NCBI GenBank assembly: GCA_023245355.1
Contig: JAHFKN010000001.1
Location: 268,596 to 332,595 of the forward strand
Origin: Candidatus Gottesmanbacteria bacterium
Lineage (GTDB): Bacteria > Patescibacteriota > Microgenomatia > UBA10105 > UBA927
Length of the DNA stretch: 64,000 nucleotides
Reading direction: 5' to 3'
In this document: one piece after another, positions 9,639-18,356 of the stretch
How the letters are laid out: every line of letters begins with the position of its first letter
Position numbering within the stretch: the first letter of the stretch is position 1
Position numbers and translations under genes: made by a program
Notes under the pieces: generated by a model
Seen by the model: only the letters and a program-made list of their open reading frames with translations
Database searches by the model: none
Told to the model about the DNA's origin: nothing

Positions 9639-10619
9639 TTAAAATTCTCCTACCCGCACGATCTCTTCTTCCAGCTCTACGCCGAATTTTTCATGAACTG
9701 CTTTCCTTGCTTTTTCAATTAATTCTACCACGTCGGCGGCTTTTGCATTTTTGAGGTTAATAATGAAATTGGCATGTTTTTCGGATATCTGCGCATCTCC
9801 GATCCTGTCCCCTTTAAGCCCCGCGTTGTCGACCAAAAATCCGGCGGATGTCGAAAGATTCGGCGTAGAAGCGGTAAGCGCTGCAGCTTTCGAAATATTT
9901 TTAAATGTACATCCTGCGGAAAGAACTCCCTGCGGCTGTGTTTCCCTGCGGTACGATATGCTGGAATTTGCTGTCTCCCACAGCTGGTCTTTCGCTTTTT
10001 GCATGAGTGCAAATGTGACCGAAATGACGATGTCTCCGGTTTTTTGGAGCGCGCTGTAATCGTACGCAAAATGAAAATAGTCGCGGGATACCTGACGCAC
10101 CTCACCTGTGGGAGTGACGATTGTCGCCTGATACACGACATCTCCGACATTCCCTTCGGGTTTCGTCCACTTCGAGTTCATAAACACTGCTCCCCCGACA
10201 CTTCCCGGAAGTCCCAGCTGCATTTCTATGCCGGAGAGTCCTTCTTCTATCGAAAAGCGCACGAATTTATTCATGGGAACACCTGCATCCACCTCAACAA
10301 AGACCGTCCGTGTGGTGCTGCCGGATTCCATGGTTCCCTTAACACCCCGTATGGAAATACCCTGCGAAGAATTCCGTATGACAAACGCACGGATCCCCTT
10401 ATCACCGATCAGCACATTGGTTCCGCCGCCCAAAACAAAAATCGGCAACTTGGATTTGCGCCCCAACGATACTGCTGTCACAAACTCATCGCGGGTTTTC
10501 GCGTCGAAAAAGTAATCCGCGGGTCCGCCGATTTTAAACGTCGTGTACCGGGCCAGCGGTTCGTGTTCCTTAAACCGGTCACCGAATGCTTTTTTCAGAT
10601 CATTGATATGTGGTTCCAT
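9639..10619 (-). CDS. murB: UDP-N-acetylenolpyruvoylglucosamine reductase
   Basis: FAD-binding LGGGTNVL motif, C-terminal GCTFKN...ISEKHANFIIN MurB C-domain. Confidence 0.9.
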   Translation of the reverse strand: MEPHINDLKKAFGDRFKEHEPLARYTTFKIGGPADYFFDAKTRDEFVTAVSLGRKSKLPIFVLGGGTNVLIGDKGIRAFVIRNSSQGISIRGVKGTMESGSTTRTVFVEVDAGVPMNKFVRFSIEEGLSGIEMQLGLPGSVGGAVFMNSKWTKPEGNVGDVVYQATIVTPTGEVRQVSRDYFHFAYDYSALQKTGDIVISVTFALMQKAKDQLWETANSSISYRRETQPQGVLSAGCTFKNISKAAALTASTPNLSTSAGFLVDNAGLKGDRIGDAQISEKHANFIINLKNAKAADVVELIEKARKAVHEKFGVELEEEIVRVGEF

Positions 10620-10625
10620 ATATAG

Positions 10626-12041
10626 TTACAGCGTTTCCGAAACGCTTTTTACTACATCCCTTTCCCAATTATAAATGTCTCCCGCTCCCATAAAAATTAC
10701 AACGTCCCCTGTCGACAGGTGCGCGGCAAGTGTTTGAGACACCGCAGCAGAATCTTTTGCATACAGAACGCTTTTATGATGATTCGATACCTCGGAAACG
10801 AGCGTCATGCCGGTTATTCCCAGTGTTTCATGTTCGCGGGCAGACGCATATATATCCGTAAGGACGACCGTGTCAGCATCGGTAAAACTCGTACCGAACT
10901 CGGAAAGCAATGTTTTCGTACGCGAATATGTATGCGGCTGAAACACGGCAATGATGCGCTGCTTGGGAAACCAAGTGTGCGCGGCCTTCAGCGTTGCGGC
11001 AATCTCCGCCGGGTGATGCGCATAATCGTCATAAAACGTGATGCCTGATTCGGTCGCAATCAGTTCGAAGCGGCGTTTCGTTCCAGTAAAGCGCAACAGT
11101 CCTTCGCGGAGCGCTTCCCATGAAGCGCCCGCCGTATGGGCCGCTATCATGGCTGCGACGGCGTTGGCGACATTGTGCATACCGGGAACTTTGATCGCAA
11201 ACTCACCTAATAAAACGCCACGCTCCTCCACCGTAAAAAACATCCGTCCGTCCCCGACGCCGACATGACTGATATGGAAATCCGCCGCAGGGGAAAAACC
11301 GTAGGTGATAACCGTTCCGGAAGACGCAAGGACCCGGCTGTTAGGGTCATCGCTGTTTATGATAACCAGCCTGCTTTTTTTCTGAAGTGCGAGGAATGCA
11401 TCCTGTACAGCACCAAGGCCCGGATACACATCGGGGTGATCATAATCAATATTGGTAACGACCAGAATGTCCGGCGTCAGCCAGAGAAACCGGGGGGTAG
11501 GATCGTGCGTCGGATCGGTTACATATTCGTCCCCCTCGGCGACAAACCATTCCCCGTCACCTTTTTTTCCTGCGGCTCCCAATCCCGGTATGGATCCGCA
11601 ACCGATCGCAAAACTGGGGTGGTACTGCGCGTATGAAAGCAGTACGGCAATCATGGCGCTTGTCGTCGTTTTCCCGTGACTTCCGCTCACTACAATCTGA
11701 CGCGTATCTTTCATGATGCTTCCGAGTGCCTCACCGTGCGGCATAACCGGAATTCCCATGGAAACTGCCTGCCGGACCTCCGGATTATCGCGTCCTCCGT
11801 GCGCTCCGGTATAGTAGACGGCATCGGGCGTATCCTTACCCTGCAGCCTGGACGCATCAAACCCGGAATATACGGTAATACCTTTTATACGCAGTTCCTC
11901 CTGCGTCGGAAAATCTTCCGGCACGTCAGAACCGGTCACCCGCACTCCCGATTGCGCTAGGTAAACGGCAAGGGAGGCCATGGCCACGCCTTTGATTCCT
12001 ACCAGGTGCACATGTTTTTTTATACGCGCATGTTCTTTCAT
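10626..12041 (-). CDS. murC: UDP-N-acetylmuramate--L-alanine ligase
   Basis: HLVGIKGVAMASLA N-terminal MurC motif, Mur ligase central/C domains. Confidence 0.85.
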   Translation of the reverse strand: MKEHARIKKHVHLVGIKGVAMASLAVYLAQSGVRVTGSDVPEDFPTQEELRIKGITVYSGFDASRLQGKDTPDAVYYTGAHGGRDNPEVRQAVSMGIPVMPHGEALGSIMKDTRQIVVSGSHGKTTTSAMIAVLLSYAQYHPSFAIGCGSIPGLGAAGKKGDGEWFVAEGDEYVTDPTHDPTPRFLWLTPDILVVTNIDYDHPDVYPGLGAVQDAFLALQKKSRLVIINSDDPNSRVLASSGTVITYGFSPAADFHISHVGVGDGRMFFTVEERGVLLGEFAIKVPGMHNVANAVAAMIAAHTAGASWEALREGLLRFTGTKRRFELIATESGITFYDDYAHHPAEIAATLKAAHTWFPKQRIIAVFQPHTYSRTKTLLSEFGTSFTDADTVVLTDIYASAREHETLGITGMTLVSEVSNHHKSVLYAKDSAAVSQTLAAHLSTGDVVIFMGAGDIYNWERDVVKSVSETL

Positions 12042-12048
12042 AGTCGTA

Positions 12049-12768
12049 TTATGACACTAATCCGATAACGCCGATTATTTCGCCGAATGTTTCCCTGCTG
12101 TCCTTACGAAACGAATAAAACGCATCGATCTGGCAGGACGTACAGACAATGGGCGCATCTATATGGTCCGGTACAATACCGGCATCCAGCAGCTCGAACC
12201 TGTTTGCCTGCCCGATATCCAGATGCCACTCTCCGTTTTCTTTTGCTGCAACGGGAGGCACTGTATTAAACGTCGCGAGAAATTGCTGCGCCCGACTTTC
12301 AGGAACCGTATAGCAGCACCCGCCGATATGGGGGCCTATTGAAACCAGAATATTTTTAGGTGTTGCCCCCGACTCAGTCATGCGGGCGACTGCGTTTTTT
12401 GCTATGTGTGCCAGAGTCCCTTTCCAGCCGGCATGAACAGCTGCTACAACCCGGGCCACGGGATCAAAGAATAACATCGGCACGCAGTCAGCTACATGGA
12501 CTTCCAGTAAAATATTATCGGTGCCGCTTACCAATCCATCTGCCAGAGGGACAACACCCGTTGTCGCGCTGTCAACAATTGACACCGCATTTCCGTGAAC
12601 CTGGGCCGCATGGAGCAACGGCAATGCCCGGTCTGTCAGATTCCGTACAATCATGTCTGTATTGGTTCTGATTCTTGCGTCCCCCAGCGCGCGTGTGGAA
12701 TATCCGTGCACAACACCCGGAAGTGTGAGCAGCGAAGAATACCGTATGCCGTTTTTCTGTGTCATCAT
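12049..12768 (-). CDS. pgeF: YfiH/PgeF-family (DUF152, laccase-domain) peptidoglycan editing factor
   Basis: 239 aa, GVVHGYSTR...VHG...H..W.G motifs characteristic of the YfiH/PgeF family. Confidence 0.7.
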   Translation of the reverse strand: MMTQKNGIRYSSLLTLPGVVHGYSTRALGDARIRTNTDMIVRNLTDRALPLLHAAQVHGNAVSIVDSATTGVVPLADGLVSGTDNILLEVHVADCVPMLFFDPVARVVAAVHAGWKGTLAHIAKNAVARMTESGATPKNILVSIGPHIGGCCYTVPESRAQQFLATFNTVPPVAAKENGEWHLDIGQANRFELLDAGIVPDHIDAPIVCTSCQIDAFYSFRKDSRETFGEIIGVIGLVS

Positions 12769-12795
12769 GATAGATACCTAAAAACTATCCCTGTG

Positions 12796-13971
12796 TTATG
12801 TACGCCGTTTCAGCAGTTTCCTTATTTCTTCCTGGTCGCTCCAGGGGTATTCTTTCGTACCTCTGCACAGACTTTTTTCGTGTCCTTTACCGGTTGCTAT
12901 CAGGATATCGCCGGGACGGGCCTGCGAGAGTGCAAATACGAGCGCATCCTTGCGATTTGGGAATCTGTGCACCTCTTTATCCGCCGGTATGCCGGAAGAA
13001 ATTTCGTCCATAATCGTTTCGACGTTTTCCGTCCGGTAATCCTCTTCCGTCAACACGATCACGTCGCTGTAGGTTGCCGACGCTTTCCCCATAAGCGGAC
13101 GTTTCGTAGCATCCCGTAGTCCTGCACTGCCGAATACGTGTATAACACGTTTTTTGGTCATGGCACGCACAGTAGAGAGCGCACTCACTAGCGCGTTGGG
13201 CGTATGCGCAAAATCCACAATCACGCGGAAGGGTTTTTCCGAGATGACTTCCATTCTGCCGGTCACGCCGGGAAACTGCGCTAATGCAGCTGCTGCAACT
13301 TTACGGTTCACGCCCAACACGTCGGCGACAGCCAGCGCGGCAAGAGCGTTATAGCGGTTAAATTCCCCGGGAAGCTTTGTCCTGAACGGAAATGTTTTGG
13401 GGTTGACCATGCTGTCCCGGCGTATGCCGTAGGTGACATACCGCTTCTTCTTGAGCATCGGCATGCTGGCCATATATGTGCCCGCTTCATCGCGGTTGAT
13501 CACGGCAACTTTGCTTTGTCTAAGAAGCGTAAGCTTGGTCTTGAGATAGTTTTCGTACGTCCCGTGCCAGTCCAGGTGCTCGTGCGTAACATTCGTAATC
13601 ACCGAGACATCGAAACGGACGCCGAACACGCGGTGCTGCGACAGTGCGTGACTCGTGACTTCAAGCACCATATGGGTATCGCCGTGATTTACCGCCTCCC
13701 GAAGATACTTTTGTACCCACCACGCGGACGGCGTCGTCACATGGAAACCGGTATCGTAGTCCCTTCCGGCAATCGTGGCATGTACGGAGGTGATTTTGGA
13801 CGCTTTATACCCGGCACTCTTTAATATTTCGTATATGAGTGTGGTTGTGGTCGTTTTACCGTCCGTCCCGGTCACCCCGATCACGGTAAGCTTACGGCTC
13901 GGAAATCCGAACCAGCAATTGGCTACGATTGCCACCACCAGATGATAGAGCCCTTTGAGGCTTCGGAGCAT
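12796..13971 (-). CDS. murE: MurE-type Mur ligase (UDP-MurNAc-L-Ala-D-Glu--diamino acid ligase) lacking the usual N-terminal domain
   Basis: VIGVTGTDGKTTTT P-loop, DFAHTP, GSAGLRDATKRPLMG, LTEEDYRTE (DNPR-like) and ATGKGHE C-terminal motifs match MurE; only 391 aa. Confidence 0.75.
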   Translation of the reverse strand: MLRSLKGLYHLVVAIVANCWFGFPSRKLTVIGVTGTDGKTTTTTLIYEILKSAGYKASKITSVHATIAGRDYDTGFHVTTPSAWWVQKYLREAVNHGDTHMVLEVTSHALSQHRVFGVRFDVSVITNVTHEHLDWHGTYENYLKTKLTLLRQSKVAVINRDEAGTYMASMPMLKKKRYVTYGIRRDSMVNPKTFPFRTKLPGEFNRYNALAALAVADVLGVNRKVAAAALAQFPGVTGRMEVISEKPFRVIVDFAHTPNALVSALSTVRAMTKKRVIHVFGSAGLRDATKRPLMGKASATYSDVIVLTEEDYRTENVETIMDEISSGIPADKEVHRFPNRKDALVFALSQARPGDILIATGKGHEKSLCRGTKEYPWSDQEEIRKLLKRRT

Positions 13972-14057
13972 GTGTGTATTATACCAAAAATATCCGTGCG
14001 AAGAGCAAAAGAGCCACGCTTTGATCAGCTTCAGACTACTCTCGGAAATCCGTCGTG

Positions 14058-15740
14058 CTATTGCGGAGGGATTGCCCAGTAGGTAAACAGGTCACGGGCA
14101 ATGGTAAAAAAGAGCGGAGCTGCCGTTTCCGACCCCCACTGTGAAGAGGAGGGCTCCCGAAGGGTTACCAGCATGACAAACCGCGGCTTGTCAGCAGGCG
14201 CAAAACCGACAAATGAGGCAATTGTTTTCTTATCGTCATAATGCCCGGCCACAGGAATCTGAGCAGTACCGGTTTTCCCCGCCACCCGATATCCTTTAGG
14301 CTTGGCCCATTTGGCCTCCCCGTTATCAACAGCCGACACCATCATTTCGGTGACTATTCGGGCGGTTTCCGCACTCACCACCTGCAAAGACACTTTCGGA
14401 GGCACCGCTATGGTTTTTCCTTTGGATTCGCGGATTTCCTTCACCATATGCGGCTCCATCATACGGCCGCCGTTAGCCAATGCCGCAATCGCCCTGACCA
14501 TCTGAATCGGTGTCACGGCGATACCCTGTCCGAACGAGGCGGTGTATTCATCGACTTCTGCCCAATCTTTGTCTGCCCGAAGTTCCGGTGACGATTCGTC
14601 TTCCAGGTCGATATTAGTCGGCTTCCCGAATCCGAAGCGCCGTATGGCAGACAGCAGCTTCTCTTTCCCCAGTTTTTGCGCAATAAATACCATACCGACG
14701 TTCGAGGAATTCTCCAATACCTGCGTCATGGTAATCTTGCCGTGATATTGGTTATTCCATGTCCGTATCACGTACGGGCCTATCTGTACCGGTCCTGACT
14801 CGTCCATTGTGGTATCGGGAGTTATGAGTTTTTCGTTGATGGCTGCCGCCATAATCAGCGCTTTGAATGTACTTCCGGGCTCAAACGCACTCCCGACGAC
14901 GGGATTTTTATAGAGGGACTTATCAAACTCCGAAAACCGTCTCGGGTCATAGTTCGGGAACGACGCCATGGCTAGTATCCCACCTGTTTCGGGATTCATA
15001 ACCACTACGGATCCTTCTTTGGCTCCGTACCGCTCAATTCCCTCTTTCAGTTTCCGCTCCACTATCTGCTGTACCACTTTGTCTGCGTGCAATATAAGCG
15101 TCCGTCCGTCTTCCGGCGGGAGCCGTTCTTCGGAGCCGATAAGAATCGGCGCGCCGTGCGCATCTTTCTCGAGTCTCATCATGCCGTCTATCCCGCGCAG
15201 CTGCCGGTCATAGTACCCTTCCAGCCCGAAATACCCCTGATCAACGCCGTTTACGTCACTGCCGACAAACCCCAGCAAATGTGCGGCGGTAGACGCTTCG
15301 GGATAAAACCGCTTCGGCTCTTTTTCAAACCCGAGCCCCAAAATATTCTGTGTACGCAGTGTCTGCACTTTGGTAAGTTCCACTTTGTGCGCGAGCGGCA
15401 CCCAAACCAAGTTCGGCTGGGCTAATTTACTTGCTACTTCCATAGGGTCCAGGGCAAGTTCTCCTGCCACGATTTTAGAAAATTGCGGAATATCTTTGAT
15501 GTTGCGGGGTTCTCCGTATACCAGGTAGGAAGGCTGATTGACGACCAGCGGGTTGTTCCCGTAATCCATGATTTCTCCTCTGGCGGCCGGCACGGTAAGC
15601 TGAACGAAATGCTGGCGGGAGGCTTCTTTCCCCAGACGGTCAGCGGAAAATATCTGCCAATAGATGAGGCGGAGCATCAATGCGGCAAACCCTATGACAA
15701 AAGCGCCAAAGAGTACGGAGGAACGCTGTGGAGTGGCCAT
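14058..15740 (-). CDS. ftsI: Penicillin-binding protein / division transpeptidase (FtsI-PBP2 class)
   Basis: N-terminal TM anchor, PBP dimerisation domain and transpeptidase STFK, SSN, KTGT motifs. Confidence 0.85.
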   Translation of the reverse strand: MATPQRSSVLFGAFVIGFAALMLRLIYWQIFSADRLGKEASRQHFVQLTVPAARGEIMDYGNNPLVVNQPSYLVYGEPRNIKDIPQFSKIVAGELALDPMEVASKLAQPNLVWVPLAHKVELTKVQTLRTQNILGLGFEKEPKRFYPEASTAAHLLGFVGSDVNGVDQGYFGLEGYYDRQLRGIDGMMRLEKDAHGAPILIGSEERLPPEDGRTLILHADKVVQQIVERKLKEGIERYGAKEGSVVVMNPETGGILAMASFPNYDPRRFSEFDKSLYKNPVVGSAFEPGSTFKALIMAAAINEKLITPDTTMDESGPVQIGPYVIRTWNNQYHGKITMTQVLENSSNVGMVFIAQKLGKEKLLSAIRRFGFGKPTNIDLEDESSPELRADKDWAEVDEYTASFGQGIAVTPIQMVRAIAALANGGRMMEPHMVKEIRESKGKTIAVPPKVSLQVVSAETARIVTEMMVSAVDNGEAKWAKPKGYRVAGKTGTAQIPVAGHYDDKKTIASFVGFAPADKPRFVMLVTLREPSSSQWGSETAAPLFFTIARDLFTYWAIPPQ

Positions 15741-15780
15741 GAATGTATCCTACCATGTTTCCGCGCCCATGAGATCGGAA

Positions 15781-16104
15781 TTACTCGAGAGGTAACCTGG
15801 CCGGAACATCTGACCGGTTTAAGGCCACCGGAACTTCTAAACTAAGACTGATAATCTGCTTTGCTGTCGGGTCGACAAACCCCTGAGCCTGCGCGCGCTC
15901 ACGGATAACCAACAGAGATGAAGCGGATGCCACTTCGGTCGAAAGTGCTTCACGCATATCCGCTTCTATGCGGACCTGCTGATCTAATTTTCCCAACCGT
16001 TTTCCGAGTGTGGCCAATTCATTGGATACGACGACCTGAAGAACGACTAATGTGATTGCAGCAACCGGAAGAAGAAATCCAATGATACGAATAATGTTTT
16101 TCAT
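15781..16104 (-). CDS. ftsL: FtsL-like small bitopic division protein
   Basis: 107 aa, single TM then coiled-coil-like segment, positioned between rsmH and ftsI as in canonical dcw clusters. Confidence 0.5.
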   Translation of the reverse strand: MKNIIRIIGFLLPVAAITLVVLQVVVSNELATLGKRLGKLDQQVRIEADMREALSTEVASASSLLVIRERAQAQGFVDPTAKQIISLSLEVPVALNRSDVPARLPLE

Positions 16105-17042
16105 ACTGCTTTTTTTACCGCGACGCGCATCTTTGCGCTTCTGCTGCGTATGTTTTCGTTTATTTCCCCTTCAGTCGGACGTACGGGATGCTTGGAAACA
16201 CTCTCCCATATATCCTGCCGCATATACTGTTTTACAATCCTGTCTTCCAGCGAGTGGAAGCTGATTACTACCAATCTGCCTTCCGGCTTTAACACGTTGT
16301 ATGCGCCTTTGAGTCCGTCCCGTAAACTCCCCAACTCATCGTTTACCGCTATCCGAAGCCCCTGAAACACTCTCGACAATATTCCGTACCGGGCACCTTC
16401 ATTCGGTGCGACTGTTTTTACGGCTTCGATCAAATCCCTCACCGTAACAATCGGCTTCACCGAACGCGCGCGGCAAACAGCGTCAGAAAGCTTCCGAGCC
16501 AACTGTTCTTCGCCATACGTGCTAAAAATGTCATACAATTCCTCCGCGCCTGCACGGTTTACCAATTGGGCAGCAGTGTCTCCTCCGGACTGATCAAGTC
16601 TCATATCCAGTGGAGCATCGGTAAACCGGTAACTGAATCCCCGTTCGGGTGTATCTAACTGCATACTCGATACGCCCAAATCAAACAAAATTCCGCTTAC
16701 GTTTATAAATTTCTGTTCCCGTGCTATCGTCTCTATATTCCGAAAATTCCCGTGTATTAATTTCCATGCTCCCTTTGAAACAAGTGTATTTCCCTCTCTC
16801 TCCAGTCGGTCCCTGGCAATATCGAGTGCTTTCTCATCCTGGTCAATGCCGAGCAATACGCCGCCCCGTTTCACTATTTCCAATCCGTGTCCGCCTGCTC
16901 CCGTGGTCGCATCGATATAGGTATTTCCCTGCGTTACGTTCAGCGCGTCGATTGCTTCCTGTATCAACACCGGCGTGTGGGGGATTCCGTTCATACAGCC
17001 TCCAGTTTTGCAGCGTATTGTGTCCACCGCGCCGAGTCCCAA
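16101..17042 (-). CDS. rsmH: 16S rRNA (cytosine1402-N4)-methyltransferase RsmH (MraW)
   Basis: HTPVLIQEAIDAL...YIDATTGAGGHG signature; likely true start at internal MNGIPHTPVL (about 16994). Confidence 0.9.
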   Translation of the reverse strand: MGLGAVDTIRCKTGGCMNGIPHTPVLIQEAIDALNVTQGNTYIDATTGAGGHGLEIVKRGGVLLGIDQDEKALDIARDRLEREGNTLVSKGAWKLIHGNFRNIETIAREQKFINVSGILFDLGVSSMQLDTPERGFSYRFTDAPLDMRLDQSGGDTAAQLVNRAGAEELYDIFSTYGEEQLARKLSDAVCRARSVKPIVTVRDLIEAVKTVAPNEGARYGILSRVFQGLRIAVNDELGSLRDGLKGAYNVLKPEGRLVVISFHSLEDRIVKQYMRQDIWESVSKHPVRPTEGEINENIRSRSAKMRVAVKKAV

Positions 17043-17392
17043 ATCTCAAAATGGTCTCCTGCTCCGATAACCTTGACTTCGCGGGCGATCAGACCGTGCT
17101 CTTTAAGCTGTGCGGGCAGTAAAATACGGCCAAGTTTGTCTATGTCGACTTTTTGCGCTCCAGCAAAGAGGTAACGGCGGACCTGTCGTCCTTTTTCATC
17201 GGTTACCGGTGTGTCAAGGTGCTTTCCCGCTTCCCGTTCCCAACTCTCTTTATCAAATCCGAAAATACATCCCTCATATCCCCTGGCGAGTACTAATTCC
17301 GTTCCTGTGATCTCTTGCCGAATCTTTCGTGGGAGCGTTACGCGGGCCCGATCGTCTAAACTATGGTCGTATTCTCCTAGGAACAAGTTCAT
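16991..17392 (-). CDS. mraZ: Transcriptional regulator MraZ
   Basis: 133 aa, duplicated DxxxR motifs (LDDRARVTLP / second half), first gene of the dcw operon. Confidence 0.9.
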   Translation of the reverse strand: MNLFLGEYDHSLDDRARVTLPRKIRQEITGTELVLARGYEGCIFGFDKESWEREAGKHLDTPVTDEKGRQVRRYLFAGAQKVDIDKLGRILLPAQLKEHGLIAREVKVIGAGDHFEIWDSARWTQYAAKLEAV

Positions 17393-17470
17393 GGCTCTAA
17401 TCTACCACTTCTTCCCACTAATATCCATAGTTACCCATTTTTCACGCCATGTCAATACCCATTTCACGGG
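17393..17470 (-). promoter_or_regulatory. mraZ promoter region with candidate MraZ-operator direct repeats
   Basis: Minus strand carries a direct repeat CGTGAAA(A)ATGGGTA twice plus further TGGG/TGGN boxes at about 10-12 nt spacing. A TTGACA -35 hexamer (plus 17450-17455) lies 17-18 nt from a weak -10. Confidence 0.4.
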
Positions 17471-17804
17471 TTGTTCTGTGCGTACTTGACGAGCATCAGG
17501 TAAACGAGCGAAAATCTGTGCTATTGTATGGCACACGAAGTGTTGCGCGTTCCGGTTATCAGGACAAGGAGTTCGGCTTCCCGCCGCTACCTGTTTTTCG
17601 AGCACCCGCCCGCGCTATGGATCGCGGATGAAAAAGATGAAGGACACGAGAGGATTTTACGGGCATCAGGGCGCAATAAACCGGCCGCTGCAGGGTGGAT
17701 TCTGGCGTTTCATGACGAACTTCAGGTTGATGCAACAGGCTCAATTGACCTTAACATGCCTACGAAGCACCCGAAAAGCGTATGTGTGTTCATCGCCTCT
17801 CTCC

Positions 17805-17845
17805 CGGGGAAAAGCAAACAACAGATAACCGAACACGGAATCTGA
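17805..17845 (-). terminator. Candidate intrinsic terminator after the glyQS-hypothetical transcription unit
   Basis: Imperfect hairpin CAGAUUCCG-UGUU-CGGUUAUCUG followed by UUGUUUGCUUUUCC on minus strand. Confidence 0.3.
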
Positions 17846-17858
17846 GATTTGCGGTCTG

Positions 17859-18344
17859 TTAGAGATCAAAATCTTTGGAGAACTGGCTCTTTTTGCCTGC
17901 CGTATCCGTAAATTCGAGCGCAACGGACACTTTCGCAACTCCCAGATCCGGCTTGCAGACATTGCGCGAACATGTTCCCAGGTATACTTCACGGTCAAAT
18001 CCGTCCTGAGAGGCGACTTCGATCGGCTTGGACCCGGAGTTGACCCCTTTGATAAGCCCCTGGCTGTCATATGTCAGTTCGTACCCGACAGAAGCGTATT
18101 TTGATGCAAGATTACTCACCTTGAGAACAACCGTATTGGGCTTTGCCTTGCTCAGCGTCAGATTCACGGCTATCGAGGCGTCTGCCTGGGGGAGAAGTTC
18201 GGTAACTTCCTCTTCTTTGACCGGGGCGGGTTCGTTTGACGGCGCAAGCACCCGGTATACCACGAATCCCGTGATAGCCAGTAATACTGCCAACCCTCCG
18301 TACAATAGTTTCATTTTATTATCAGTCGTACTTTTAGGTTTCAT
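17859..18344 (-). CDS. Hypothetical membrane-anchored extracytoplasmic protein
   Basis: 161 aa, N-terminal TM (LLYGGLAVLLAITGFVVY), Pro/Glu-rich linker, Cys pair in C-terminal domain; no recognisable family. Confidence 0.45.
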   Translation of the reverse strand: MKPKSTTDNKMKLLYGGLAVLLAITGFVVYRVLAPSNEPAPVKEEEVTELLPQADASIAVNLTLSKAKPNTVVLKVSNLASKYASVGYELTYDSQGLIKGVNSGSKPIEVASQDGFDREVYLGTCSRNVCKPDLGVAKVSVALEFTDTAGKKSQFSKDFDL

Positions 18345-18356
18345 ACAGATCCTCCT

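Noticed and set aside
9774-10625. Long plus-strand ORFs antisense to minus-strand genes. Examples: 9774..10625 (283 aa), 4676..5626 (316 aa), 1768..2679 (303 aa), 47486..48160 (224 aa), 21416..22042 (208 aa), 48625..49245 (206 aa), 32352..32936 (194 aa), 12595..13119 (174 aa).
   Set aside because: Each lies fully inside a minus-strand gene with strong conserved motifs (MurB, MurF, MBL/CvpA, SDR, DUF4012-like and others). Their translations are Arg/Cys/His-rich low-complexity sequence with no recognisable domains, typical of antisense frames. Treated as non-coding.
12796-13971. Alternative identity of the short Mur ligase as PgsB/CapB (poly-gamma-glutamate synthase) or MurT.
   Set aside because: C-terminal motifs (DFAHTP, GSAGLRD..KRP, DNPR-like, GKGHE) and position directly after ftsI match MurE rather than CapB or MurT. 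MurT would also be expected with a GatD partner and a Cys4 ribbon, which are absent.
17471-17858. Possible RNase P RNA, SRP RNA, 6S or tmRNA in the long intergenic region.
   Set aside because: Compared by eye with remembered consensus elements of these RNAs (for example GGAAAGUCCGG for RNase P, the tRNA-like tmRNA end, SRP domain IV). No convincing match. Left as an unexplained gap, not annotated as an RNA gene.
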